64,000 nt of DNA from Marsupella aquatica (GCA_973895155.1 OZ316894.1:14585680-14649679), one strand, 5' to 3'. Shown: positions 38,222 through 49,957, counted from the stretch's first letter. The notes: generated from the sequence alone by a model not told the origin. A program made the numbers and translations.

Positions 38222-41200
38222 TCATTCTCTGTAGACAGTAAAATCCAAAGGAGATAACTTACCCACAATTTTTAAATTCTTCCTGTTTGTAACACGACTC
38301 AACATCACATATGTTAGACCAGGAGCAAACGCTTCAGTTAGCACAACCAGAACTTTTCCAGTTAAAGTACTTCCTTGTGATTTATGTCCAGTCATCGAAT
38401 ATCCTAACATTAGTGGAAATGTTGACTTCTGGTAACTAATCATGTTCTTGATTCTTTTGTATTTAGTACAAGATCTCACAACTCTTACTAGTTTGCCGTT
38501 ACTATGCAGTTTAATAATTATTGTAGACAAGTCATTCTCATCAAAAAGCAAATCATGTACTTCTCCACTACTACCGTTAGCAACTTCATTTGAAATATCA
38601 ATATTCTCAGTCAATAAAACTCTACAACCAATAGCTATATGTGTTAGTTGATGAAACTTTGTGTCAGAGATCCATTGCTTTTGACCACTCTCGGCAGGAG
38701 CATTTGTATGGACATTAACTTCTACTATATGATCTATAGGAAAAAAAATTAGTAAACACATTGTATTATATTTAGCCACTTTATCTCTATGCGAACAAAT
38801 AATTGTAGTATTCTCGTCAACAAATCTGTATCCTTCTTGTTCAGAGACAAAACATTGTTGCAGGCAATCGTCTATTGCATGCTGACTAGGATTAGTTAGA
38901 CGGATAGAATTTAAGAAAGCTAAGAATTGAGGGTCAGATGCTTGACGAATAACAGATGTCAAGTGATACTGCTGCATATGTTTGTATAATGAATACGAAG
39001 ATAAATGACATTGAGTACATATATACTCAGTTTCATGATTACACACAGGAGGCAATTGACACATATCTCCTACCAGAACAATTAGCTTCACTGTAAATGG
39101 ATCATTTCCGCGATCGTTACCTTGAAGAACTTCATGCAATCGTGAAGCTATGCTTTTCATGATTTTTGGTGTAAGCATGCTACATTCATCAATAACTATA
39201 ACATGAGAAGAAGCCAAAGAATCAAAAATACTATTACTTCTATGCAACGGTAATAAAGCTCCTCTAATTGGTATTTTGAATGCATGATGGACAGTCGTTG
39301 CCGAAGCATCTAGTCTAATTGCAGCAACTGTTGTAGTGGATGTTAAAAGCACGTTCTTTCCTTGTTGCTCCCAATAGCTCTTCATAAAACCCATAAAAAA
39401 GGTTTTACCTGTTCCTGGGGAACCTGTAATCATATGTAGACCACTCTTTTGAGATTTCAGTTTCAAGAACACTTCTGACTGATCACAAGTCAAAGTAAAA
39501 TCACTTAAAGACAAGTGTTGTGGTCTAATGGTAGTTGTCTGAACTCCAGACTATCTTAAAGATCTATTCAAAGCTACATAAGGACCTACAAATGATTCAT
39601 CCCACAATGTGGGTGGAATACGACTCTTAATTTTTACAATCATCTCTGCTTTGTACAGAGAAGAGTATAGGTGTTTATCTGCGTAATCACATATCAGGTT
39701 TTCTATATCCTTATCACAACTAATTAATTTCCGATACACACATTCATGGAGATATGTCCAATCAGAATCTGTCCTAAGCAGTAGCTCAACTTCAGACCGA
39801 AAATGTACATGTCTAAGAAGAACATTATAAAAAAACTGATTAGAATGGTATACAGGGTGAAAGTCTGAAAAGCGTACCAACTTAGTAGTAGTGAACACAT
39901 AGTTCCCTTGAAAGTCCACATCCACAAAATCTATTTCTCTACTTTTCTCAGGCAACACTTCATAATTCCGAAAATACTCATAGAATGACAAGTTTCCTAA
40001 CCTCAAAGGTCTCAAAGCATATACCTGGGTAGGGTGAAGATAGACTACCGAAGCTTTTCAATATAGAGAAGTACGTCTATCTGGTGGAGAGGAATCCACA
40101 AGAGTGACCGATGATGATCTATGTATAGTAGAAATTTGTAAACACGTTAGTGCTGCTTCTGTAGAAGAAATAGGTCTTGACAGAACAGCACTGGAAACCA
40201 ACTTTAACTGGGTATCACTCAATGCATCTAATCCTAAAGACTTAGCATTTTCAAGATTAATATTCAATGAACCCATTGGTTCACATTTGATAGCATATTT
40301 AAGTAGGTAGAAAGACCATGCTTCATTTGTCACTCTTTGGAGGTTCATATGGCACCCCACAATGATAAAATGACAGGATGATATGGAACAACATTTTTGT
40401 GTTCCACTCCTGGACGGAAATATCGCCATTTTCCGCTTCGAGGGTCAATAGAAGGACTCTTCTCCATGTGCAGTTCATGCGGAAAACCCATTTTACAATA
40501 TCGTAAACTGGTATCGCTATCAGTATGAATACACACTCCTTCCTTGCAACGATGGAGTTGCTTTGAAGTGACATATCCATACAATAATTTAGTCATCGGG
40601 TTATCAAACTGTTCAGTAAACTTACCAGAACTATCATCAAAATGAGCTGGAATGTATGCACAGATCTCACTACTGACCCTATCTACATCATCTAAAGTAC
40701 ACCAAAGCGGAATGTGTGCATGCAAAGAGTTCCTACCTTGGCATTCATACCGGGCAATGTAATGTTCCACTTTTCCTAAGACACCATTTTCACCGTAGAG
40801 AATGTACTTTCTAAGAAAACTTTGAACACGGGTATGGAATATCATTGCACACTCTACAGGACAATCTTTCCATGTTGAGGTTGCATTGATACACTTTACA
40901 ACTTTCTCTAGGTCATCAATCTCTACCCATCTAGTAGGGCTCACTTCATCACAAGTAAGAGTGAGGAAAAAAGAAGGCAAACCCCAGTACTGAACGAGGT
41001 GTTTACAAAAGACAGCAAACAAGAAATAGGATTTAATAACAAAAATTGGTAACAGGAAAAAAAACTGGTAACAGGAAAATGGGTGGATTTTTTTTTTGAT
41101 TTTTTTAAATTTTTTTAAATTTATTTTTTTTGAGAAAAAAAAAGTTGTTTTTTTTCGGTCGACCAGTTTTTTTGCTAGCACCCGGCGTTGCTAATAGTAG

Positions 41201-42658
41201 CGCCCAAAGCTAGCCAAAAATGTTGCATTGTTAATTTTTTTTGGAAATAACATGTTTTAGGAGACATTTTTAAATTGTCATTTTTCCTGGTAACAGTGAT
41301 TTTTTCCTGGTAACAACAATTTAAAAACAGGAAAAAAAAATCCTGTTTACCTGTTTCCTGTCTCCATCGCTATACCCGTACTGAACCATGCACATCAGGT
41401 CCTTCAAATGACGACTGTGCCAACCTGGACTACCCGGGACTGAGCATGATATATTCTGCTTTATCATTAATCGGAAAATTTCCTCTTCTGTTAGGTCTGG
41501 TTTAACGCTTCTAAGTGTATTATACTCTTTATCTAATATATAAGTTTTTGTCATTGAAGCTAGCTGTATCGACTGTCGTAGTTGGTAACTAATAAGCATA
41601 TATGGTTTGTACAATGTAAATGGACTAAACAATTGTTGAGTTCTTCTCTTAATATACTCAGCAAATGTTATACCACCGCGGTAATGACCATGTTGATAAG
41701 GGAATAAAAATGGAAACATTGTTGTCTCCAATGTCACATCCTGGTCTTCGGACACACCGTCCCCGTTAGCCACCATTGGCTCTCTTAGCAATAAAGCATT
41801 CTTACAGTGCAGGTTTCCAGACTCAAAAAGATCATACTTACGCTTCCTAGATATAGGTATTGAATATGACACATCATGAAGTATTTGAATATCTGGATCA
41901 TACGGATTGACTGTCATAGAATAAGTTACAATCCCTTTTTCTATTTGCTTTTCTAAGATATTCTGCATTGCATCAGGTGTTAGAATACAAACTCCAAGTG
42001 AAGGATCCGGCGTTTCAAGCAAACAAAAATATCTTTTAAATAGTTTGTTAACAAGCAAGTTAGTCTCAAACACCTCGTAAACCTGATTCATAATCATACC
42101 AATATTATTACACTGTAATGTATCCAGATTCCAACAAATAAGCGGACTATCTAGTAAGCTCTCGTTGCGTACAAAACCTGAATGAAACCCATTAAATTTG
42201 TTTATTATCCCCAATCGACAATCTATTAAAGATAAGAGTTGTAGATACAAGGGTTTTGCTTTCATAATAGACCGAATATATGAAGGTGACATGAAGGATA
42301 ATAGACTTCCTCTATCTCTATCCTTTACACAAGCCATGCATATATTGTAATGCATGTTATCACCGTGTATGTAAGGTATTAGAAATGCATTACAATATGC
42401 ATACGGAGCTACTCCTGTACTATCTACACGCACAATTTCAAACAATTTCCGTTGTAAGTTATTTCCATAACATACAAATCCACAATTTCCACAGACTTTC
42501 ATGTTCCGAATGGTTTTCTGACATAGGCCCTTCCATTCCCTACATAAGATATCAACATTCGGCCAATGCCTTGCAGACGGTCTAGTTGAATTCCTTTGCA
42601 GATTAAATGTTCGTTGTCGCGCAATTTCCCGACGCAGGTTTAATGAACGTAAAGACAT
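38222..42658 (-). pseudogene. Helitron/Helentron-type RepHel transposase (Zn finger, HUH Rep, Pif1 helicase), disrupted by a MITE and frameshifts
   Basis: CGNC..CMAC; FPFLFP; KDLMCMVQY|WGLPSFFLTLT; YECQGRNSLHAHIPLW (HUH); YLLKYAIK; helicase GSPGTGKT, IDECSM, GDMCQLPPV, VIRQ, GHKSQG, YVMLSRV. Confidence 0.93.
40996..41377. mobile_element. MITE (Mutator-like), copy 2
   Basis: 382 bp, GAGGTGTTTAC...TATACCC, 9-bp TSD GTACTGAAC (40987-40995 / 41378-41386). Shares GCGCCCAAAGCTAGCCAAAAA and TGGTAACAGGAAAA with copy 1. Confidence 0.9.
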
Positions 42659-43851
42659 AGCTCATAGAGAATATTTACCTCTCACCAATCTGTCGCAAAA
42701 ATGCAAAGCTCAGGAATGTTGATCGTAGTGTGTCAACAGCTCAAGATCTTGCACTAAACACGATAGATAAATCTGCATTGTGACATGTAAAGTAACACAT
42801 ATCAATGACAGACAAAAATGATCAAGTGACCCACAAAGCAAAGTAGTCCAGAACTTAACATAGAATCAAACATCGTCAATTGTGCATGAAAGTTAGACAC
42901 TTACTTTGTCAAATGCATCAAACATAGACTGAAGTGGCCAACTTATACTCAATCAGTCCACTTGAACTGTGCGAGCATGCCTTGGATACCCGTTCGAACA
43001 GCTTGGATACCCGTTTGGGCACCGCACACATCTGACTTATGAACACATTGGATACCCATTCGAACACCTAACATGTCTTATCTACCTACATAATAGTAAA
43101 TCTACTTAGACAACAAATCCAACTAATTCATCCATATATGGCGGCGCTTTATAATTGTCTGTGGTGGGTTGTTTAAAGACCCGAAAAAAAGCATTAGTTA
43201 AACATTATGCTTGGCCTTATTTAATGTTTTCACGCACCTTCACAATACGGCTACTTGAAGGTGTTATGCATGTCTCATAAATACAAACTTAAGATAAAGG
43301 TACAATAACAAACTCATCAATAGACAAAGAATCTATCAAAATATGGCGGCGTAACATAGCCCAGTTCATTGACACATATTGGACACAACCTAATTGTAAT
43401 TTCACAAGCTATAATTATCACTTTGCGCGTGGCAAGTGGCATCAACCCCACACGCGTTACAATTCTCGCACGCCTTATCGGTCAAACACACATTACATTT
43501 TTTGTACAAGTAAAACTTGTCCATTGATTACGGACTAAACCACGTTACACAGTGCTGACCATTGATAAAACACTATCAATGGTTCTAAATAAATTCTTGT
43601 CACATTTTTGCCTTATGTACTATCCAAGTTTATATTAGAATTTGGCACCATAAAACATGTATCATTTGTGCATAGAAACGATCAATATTCTTCATGCTAG
43701 TCACACGTGTGTTCTCAACCATCACACGAGTGACAACCCACGTTGCACAATCTACACCATCGATAAATAAAATCTAACAAACATGAATTGCCTGGTGACG
43801 TGTAATTTTCTTGTTATTTATAAATTTACAAGAGTCTCTAACTGGACCCGT

Positions 43852-44028
43852 AACAATTGGTAAAGGTCCAGGTTGTCAAGGTGCATTCAAAGGCAAGGAA
43901 GGGGGAGTATAAAATTAAGTGGATTAGGCCTTGTGTTCTTTTTGGCTCACATCTCAACAATTGGTAAAGGTCCAGGTTGTCAAGGTGCATTCAAAGGGGA
44001 GTATAAAATTAAGTGGATTAGGCCTTGT
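43852..44028. repeat. ~80-bp direct duplication enclosing the 25-bp repeat
   Basis: AACAATTGGTAAAGGTCCAGG...GGATTAGGCCTTGT at 43852-43934 and 43956-44028; the second copy is 10 bp shorter. Confidence 0.88.
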
Positions 44029-44125
44029 CTGTATCTATTGACTGACTAGGAGTAAATTTAATGAACCAAGTATTCCATACCCGTATTGGTTTAACCTAAA
44101 AAACCAATGTTTCACAAGATCTTCT

Positions 44126-44738
44126 TTGTCATTTATTACAGGTGTTTTACCACGACTATCTTCAAAGTTTTTTGTCTCTCGTGAAACTAATCTTTCAGAA
44201 GAAGAGGTTCTCTTATTGCACAACAATGAAGTGGACATCATTTTTGGTGAAGATGTTATGAATGAATTGGTGAGTGTTGGCGACATCATAATAGATTTGA
44301 ACACATACCCAGAGCGGATAGATCCTAAAATGCCTAATGAGCGTGGTACTCGATGCAATGGCCAGGCAAGGCGAAGGAGGTCAGACACCTCCAAGTACAC
44401 TGCCACACGTATCCGTAATGCTAAGACTGAGGCAATTGTGTACACATCAATGAGGAGAATCAAAATAGGGAATGCTATAGGCGTGAGGCTCATGGTGAAC
44501 AACACTTTCAAGGGGTGAACTTCAATACATTGCGTACAATTTTTGTCTTCCCAAGTTGCTCCTACAAGGATTTCATGTACAGGAGTCTATGGGAAGAGCC
44601 TACTTCACGTGCAAGCACTTGTACGAGTGCTTTGCTAACATCTTGAAAATGAATATCGACACGGATCAATGTGTTAACCAACCAATCTTGATTCTAACTG
44701 AGGTCGGCAACCTTGTATCAAATGTCGGTATTGTCTGA
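44126..44738 (+). pseudogene. SWIM zinc-finger protein remnant, transposon-associated
   Basis: Across frameshifts: FPSCSYKDF...GRAYFTCKHLY..F..IL...D..VNQP.L...EV..L (CxC..CxH, with the second Cys mutated). Confidence 0.6.
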
Positions 44739-46314
44739 TCTCCTCGACCTTCGCCGACATGAACAGGTTCTGAAAGTCGGCATTGACATGGACTCCTTCC
44801 TCATTGTATCTCGGAGACCCTCGTTGACATTGTATTTTAGAGACCCTCGCCAACATTTACATTACCAAACAGCCAAATAGGGTATAGTTTTTTGGGCCTA
44901 GGGTTTAGGGTTTAGGAAAATGCCCGTTTGATGTGACCGATATTATATATCCGTTGTCCTGGTTGGTTTAGTACTTAGGGTTTAGGCTGGACAAGGTCAC
45001 ATTAGGAGGGTAAGCATTGGCCCGCTCTCAGATTAGGCATGTTGCTTTGTTACAAACTTACTATGGATCCCCAACACAGGTGGACGTGAGCTTTTGATCA
45101 ATAGGACACAACAAAAGCTTAGATTGGAATTGTGGATGCTTCTGGCTAGTAAGGAACAAGACCGTGCTTGCATTTAGAATCCTTGTTATCCCCTACGATG
45201 TCACCCTCCAGTGAGTAGCTTGATTCCATGATTGCTTGATGATCTTGTGGAGTTGCACATCTGGCCCCGGATTTGATCAATGCTCGAAGGTGTTGCGGTT
45301 TTGGATCCAATTCAAGATTTTCATCATCCAATGAAGACTCTTCCTGATGGTGCAATCAGTTGCTCATATCAACAGGAAATGGAGACATTTGATAACAAAC
45401 TCCATACTATGGGCTACAATGATTACAGCTATAGCATTTTGTCGCGTAAGATGGGCTACAATGACCCCTTTGTTCTTTCAAGATTTAGTGAGAGCGTTCC
45501 CATTGATCGATGTTTGGAGTCAGTTGTCTTATAGTATCTTAAATGGAAGGATCAATTTCTGGTTGTTATGTGCTTTAGAGGAAGTGGATTGCTACCTCTC
45601 AATATATGGTATTGAGCAAGTGCGAGTGGAGTCTCGGAAAAGGACTTATGTTGATAACTAGTACATTGAACAGATTCAAGAAGACTTGATAATGGCCTTC
45701 CTATTAATCATGACAATTTTTAGCGACATCGACTGAGCACCAATGTGAAAGTTGTTTGCCCACATTGAATGCCATGTCAGATACCAGCCTGCAAAATTGT
45801 TGTAGTGTCATCTCGTCATAGTTTTAGCGTAATAGCATAATTTTGTACGATGAATTTTGAATAGTAAAAGTTTTGACGTTATTTGTGCTGTGGTGGGTAA
45901 CTTACTACCAGCACACAACCCAAGCAAAATATCTCTATTTCTACCAGTTTGTTCCCATGGAAGAGCTTAGGGTGGGATCACAAGGGAAATACTTCTTAGA
46001 ACCAACAAAACCCCACCTCTATCTTATAAGAGGCTGAAGAGCTTTCTCCACTTTGATCCACAAACTACAACAACAAAACAACAAGACCTAACTCTCCACA
46101 AAGACCCTTTTGTGAGAGTGCAAGCTTTACTAATGTGCTTCAAATAGGGCGGGAGGCTTTTCACGGTGACAGCAAAACAACAAACAACAAACAGCTAATA
46201 GTAAAGCTCATAACAGCAAATGTCTGAACCAAAAAAATCTTCCCTAAACCTACACCTCTCGCAAAATGAAATTGAAACCTCTAAAATCCGTTATTTTGAA
46301 ACACATCGTCATAC

Positions 46315-48649
46315 TAGCGCCTAGCGCTATAGTCTTGAAACAGTCTAGAAAACCCAAAACCTCATTCGAAACATCTATATGCAAAAGTATGCCAAAAAAC
46401 AACTGTATACTAGCGCCAAGCGCTAGTATACAGACCTCAATAATAGACCTAAAAAATAGAGATCAATTAGAGACCATCAGATGCCAATTGATGAAAAATT
46501 GGGAAGGGGGACAGTCGCATTCTAATATCACCAAATTATAATACATCCCAAGTTAAGTTTCTCCTCTTCCAGAGGAAAGTATAGTCAAAAAACAATCTGG
46601 ACAGCCCGTCTCACTTTATAAACACCCATCAAAATTACATGTGTTCACAATAGCGCCAAGCGCTAATTTGTAAAATAGCCAATATCTCTATCCAAAAACT
46701 ATTCTTTTAAAGTCTGGCTAGCCATCAGATTCTGAATCAGTCGTATCTAGTTATGATTCTTCTTCACTACTTTGTGATCTATCAGTAGACTCAGCTTCGT
46801 CGTCTACATACTTGCCCAGGACAATGTCATTGACATAGCGGTTCTTCAAAAACTCTCTATCCGAGCCACTTTTGAGCCTCAGGCCTTTACTTTCCCAAGT
46901 CAGCATTCTCACAAAATCTGCCTTTCAAGCCGCCTTTTCTGCATAAGAAGGCAAGACAAACGGCTTTTTCGGGGTTTCTATTGCATTCCTAGCAACTTTC
47001 CTCCGTAGTTGAAAGCGCTTCTGAAGATTCCACTCAGACCTGGAAAGGTGAATCCGATATCTTTAGTCGGATCTGGGAAAATGGTGGAATTTTGGAGACA
47101 CTAACGTTACCCTTAAAAAGAAAAAAAAGACAGGGAAGCTGAAGATCATTACTCAGAAGACTCTTCACTATCCTCAGATTCAAAAGACCCAAGGTTCACC
47201 ACTTTCTTGGAGGCACCATCATCTTTGGACTGTTGAGTACCGTCGCCTCCATCATTGTCCTTGTCAGAATCAAAATTAAGAATAGCATGGAGTCTGTCCT
47301 GCTTTTTACTCCCCACCTGCCGATGTGAAGGCGTGGACCTCTTTGTTCTCGAGAAGTCCAAAGAAAACTTTTGTGGCAGTGTCAAGAAACTCTTTACAAT
47401 TTTCAATCCTGACTACAAACCTCCCACAATGATCTCCATCAACAAATGTACTTCCGGCCTTGACTGTCCAGTCCATGACAATATCCCCAGGGAGGGAATT
47501 AATTCTAAAACTGACTGCATGAAACCCACAGGCAGCCTTGAATTCCCAGCAAACGCAAGCCTCAGCAGAGGATCATTTTTTGGCATGGGAAAACCAATGA
47601 GATTGGTTATCAAAGGATCCTCTATATGTGAAAGAGGTCAAAATTTGGGATCCTTTGGGACCCTACCTTTGGACGAAACACGCCCAAAAACATTGAGAGT
47701 GAGCGTAAAAATTATGTTTTGTTTAGAATAAACATTAGATACTTCTTCAAGAATACGGAAACCATTCATGAAGAGGATATGCCACACTAGCGCCTGGCGC
47801 TAGCGTCACCTTCAATCTCCAAATGAGGACACAAAACAAAATCTCCATAATAGCGCTTGGCGCTATTATACGTACCTGCATATATGAGCGAGGCCTGTAC
47901 ATTGGGGTGCCCATCACAACATTGTGTGTCAAGATACACTGAAATTTTTGTGAATCTTGACAAGCTGCAATGACTTCAGAGACTTGGTCATAGTCGCCCC
48001 TATGCAAAACTGCTAGCAATCTATCATCTGCCAGGAAAGGATCCATTGTTCTGAAGAAGGCACTTGGAATTGTATAATCTTCAAGGTTCCATTTAGGAAC
48101 CTTCATATCCGCAAGTGTTGGTTTCAACCCAATCGGAAGATATATGAAACCAGCATCAACTCCAAAAGCTCTTTCCTTTCCCCCTCGGACAACCCCTTTT
48201 GCTTGATCCCCAAACTTCACCAGCTCTTTCCCCCAACCTTCAATATTAGAAACCCAATCCGGTTTTTCTCCCTTGTTAACAGGGAATCAAAACATTATGT
48301 AACACTCGACTCCACAAAACAATGTCAAGTACACTTTCATTTGAAATTCCCCGCATCTCTTTGCAATCCAATTGACGCAACTGAATCTCGAGAAGAAGAT
48401 CCGAGCCTATCATCAAGTGGTCCTCTCTTTTTCTTCTTCTTCATACTTGTGGCGTCCACTGGAACCACTGCCTTTCCACTCTCCCCAAGGGTTCCCGGAT
48501 CTGGTGTATTTTCCGCACCAGTGTTAGCTTCAGAGGCCTGAGGAGTAGCGTCATCTTTTACATCAGCGTTGGCATCCGACTTCCTTCCCCCTGAAAGACA
48601 GAGATACATTACTAAACAGAACTAGTTCTCATAATAGCGCTCGGCGCTA
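46315..48649. repeat. Six dispersed palindromes TAGCGC-NNN-GCGCTA
   Basis: 46315-46329, 46411-46425 (perfect 14-bp arms, 46403-46433), 46651-46665, 47788-47802, 47851-47865, 48635-48649. Confidence 0.92.
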
Positions 48650-49678
48650 GTATCAATTGGGGAAAAATATGTCATACAAACAATAGCGAGAATCCCTAAC
48701 TGAATCCTATGAGGCATACTTACATTTTTTATGAGATTGAGTTGATTCACTGGGAGCTGCAGATTCATTCTTGGCCTTCACTCTTGGCTTTTGGCTCCAA
48801 TCAACATGCACAACAACTGTCTCGCATTTCTTTTGCAGCTCAGTTGTCGACACGTCCACTTCAATCGCAAGACCCTGCTTCATTTCCAAAACATACCTTG
48901 CTGGGATTTGCGACTTTTGCAACTTCATGAAAGCATCTTTCTCCACCTTGTCAAAAGGCAGATCCCATTTGTCAGTGTCTAAATACCATGGGCAGTGGAG
49001 TCTCTCCCACTCTGACAAGGCGCGGGGTGGAAACTTTCCCTCAGCTGGGTACATTGAATACAGATCAACAAGATGGTCACCATCTTTTACCATCACCCAC
49101 TTTTGAAATACGCCTGGATAAGCCCACAAAACCTCAGGATATCGCAACTCCGTCCACATGTAGAAACGGTAAATGTATCGTTTGGCTCGTTTCCGGTTCC
49201 GCTCAGTGTAGTCCTCCTTGTCTGCGTACTTTGATGGCCACATTATGTTGAAAATTTTAGCCTTGACAAGGTCTCCAAATGATTTGAATTCTTCAATAAT
49301 GGACTTCATGAGCAAATCTAGGGACTCACAACCAGACTTCACGAGACAATCATCTGGCATGCCATCTAAAACCTGCTCGAGCGAGGTCAGGATCAATCCA
49401 GTAGCAATTTCCTCCACTGAATTCTAGATATGCCAGGTATGGCACCACTGTTTTACAGGATTGTCCTTCACACTAGCTGGATGAAAGAACTGTTTCCAAA
49501 TCTCCGGAGTACAATGGGCGACGAGAAGTGTGCACCTTAACTTTGGATCCAGATAAGTCACTGCAGTAAACAGGCGAGTGTGATCCATAGTGCAAACAAC
49601 TGTATCGGGTTTCTTTTCTCTTTTGTTCTTCTCTGTCACTGTCTTGCGAGAGTGCATGGTTATCATTGCCCATCACCA
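46718..49678 (-). pseudogene. Intron-containing beta-class N4C/N6A DNA-methyltransferase-like gene with a long N-terminal extension; 5' end cut by an LTR; multiple lesions; 3' end approximate
   Basis: VDAGFIYLPIG..VPKWN (motif-IV-like, 48160-48128) precedes RLPVGFMQSVLEL[fs]NSLPGDIVMDWTVKAGST..GRFVVRIE..KEFLDTA (motif X-I-II-like, ~47540-47380). GT-AG intron at 48723-48591; donor at 47875. Confidence 0.68.
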
Positions 49679-49957
49679 TGTCCTGTGCACGCCCGCTAGG
49701 ATATTATGGTAGTTTAGGTTCATCATTTAGAGACCATATATGCAAGCTATAATAGATATGCTTGGTGTTCTCTAAGCAAACATTCTCCTCTTAGTAGCAC
49801 TTTGGGCAATGTTCTTGTAGCAAACCCTGGTTGTTCTTGAAGCAAATAGTCTTTGTTAGGAGCACTCCAGAGCCAACATACTTAGATTGCTCATTGCACA
49901 TTCACTTCAGTTCTTCTTGAGTCTTAGCTTTAGCATTGCAAGCACTTGACTATGGCA
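49679..49957 (+). mobile_element. Fragment of an older LTR, the target of the Copia at 49958
   Basis: Abrupt TGTCC start exactly where the MTase-like coding sequence breaks. TATA-like TATAATAG followed by LTR-like composition. Confidence 0.45.

Larger units (their letters stand above)
30367..38225 (-). pseudogene. Spliced accessory gene of unknown function downstream of RepHel, split by the Copia insertion (segments ~38225-37318 and 30656-30367)
   Basis: ORFs 37758..38225, 37470..37709 and 30367..30618 are on the RepHel strand. Acceptor TTTTAG| at 30657. Whether the segments form one gene is inferred. Confidence 0.4.
23438..43958 (-). mobile_element. Putative ~20.5-kb Helitron/Helentron-like element with cargo (includes a 6.4-kb nested Copia); boundaries inferred
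   Basis: Identical 25-mer TGTTCTTTTTGGCTCACATCTCAAC at 23438-23462 and 43934-43958. Contains RepHel, an accessory gene, a TET-like gene, a captured exon and a shared internal ~108-bp repeat. Canonical TC/CTRR termini were not identified. Confidence 0.45.

Noticed and set aside
40996-41377. Lys/Phe-rich N-terminus of ORF 40345..41181 and the C-terminus of ORF 41321..42658
   Set aside because: Both are translations of the inserted MITE, not part of Rep.
23400-44000. Canonical Helitron termini (5' TC, 3' hairpin + CTRR)
   Set aside because: Several ACTAG candidates exist (24293, 25202, 27955, 28021), but none has a convincing GC-rich hairpin, so no terminus was called.
45146-45800. Coding-like degenerate ORFs
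   Set aside because: No family motif recognised; too decayed to call.
28859-49678. Bacterial/phage contamination or an operon as the source of the TET-like and MTase-like genes
   Set aside because: Spliceosomal introns, nested plant retrotransposons and contiguity with APC7 indicate nuclear plant DNA.
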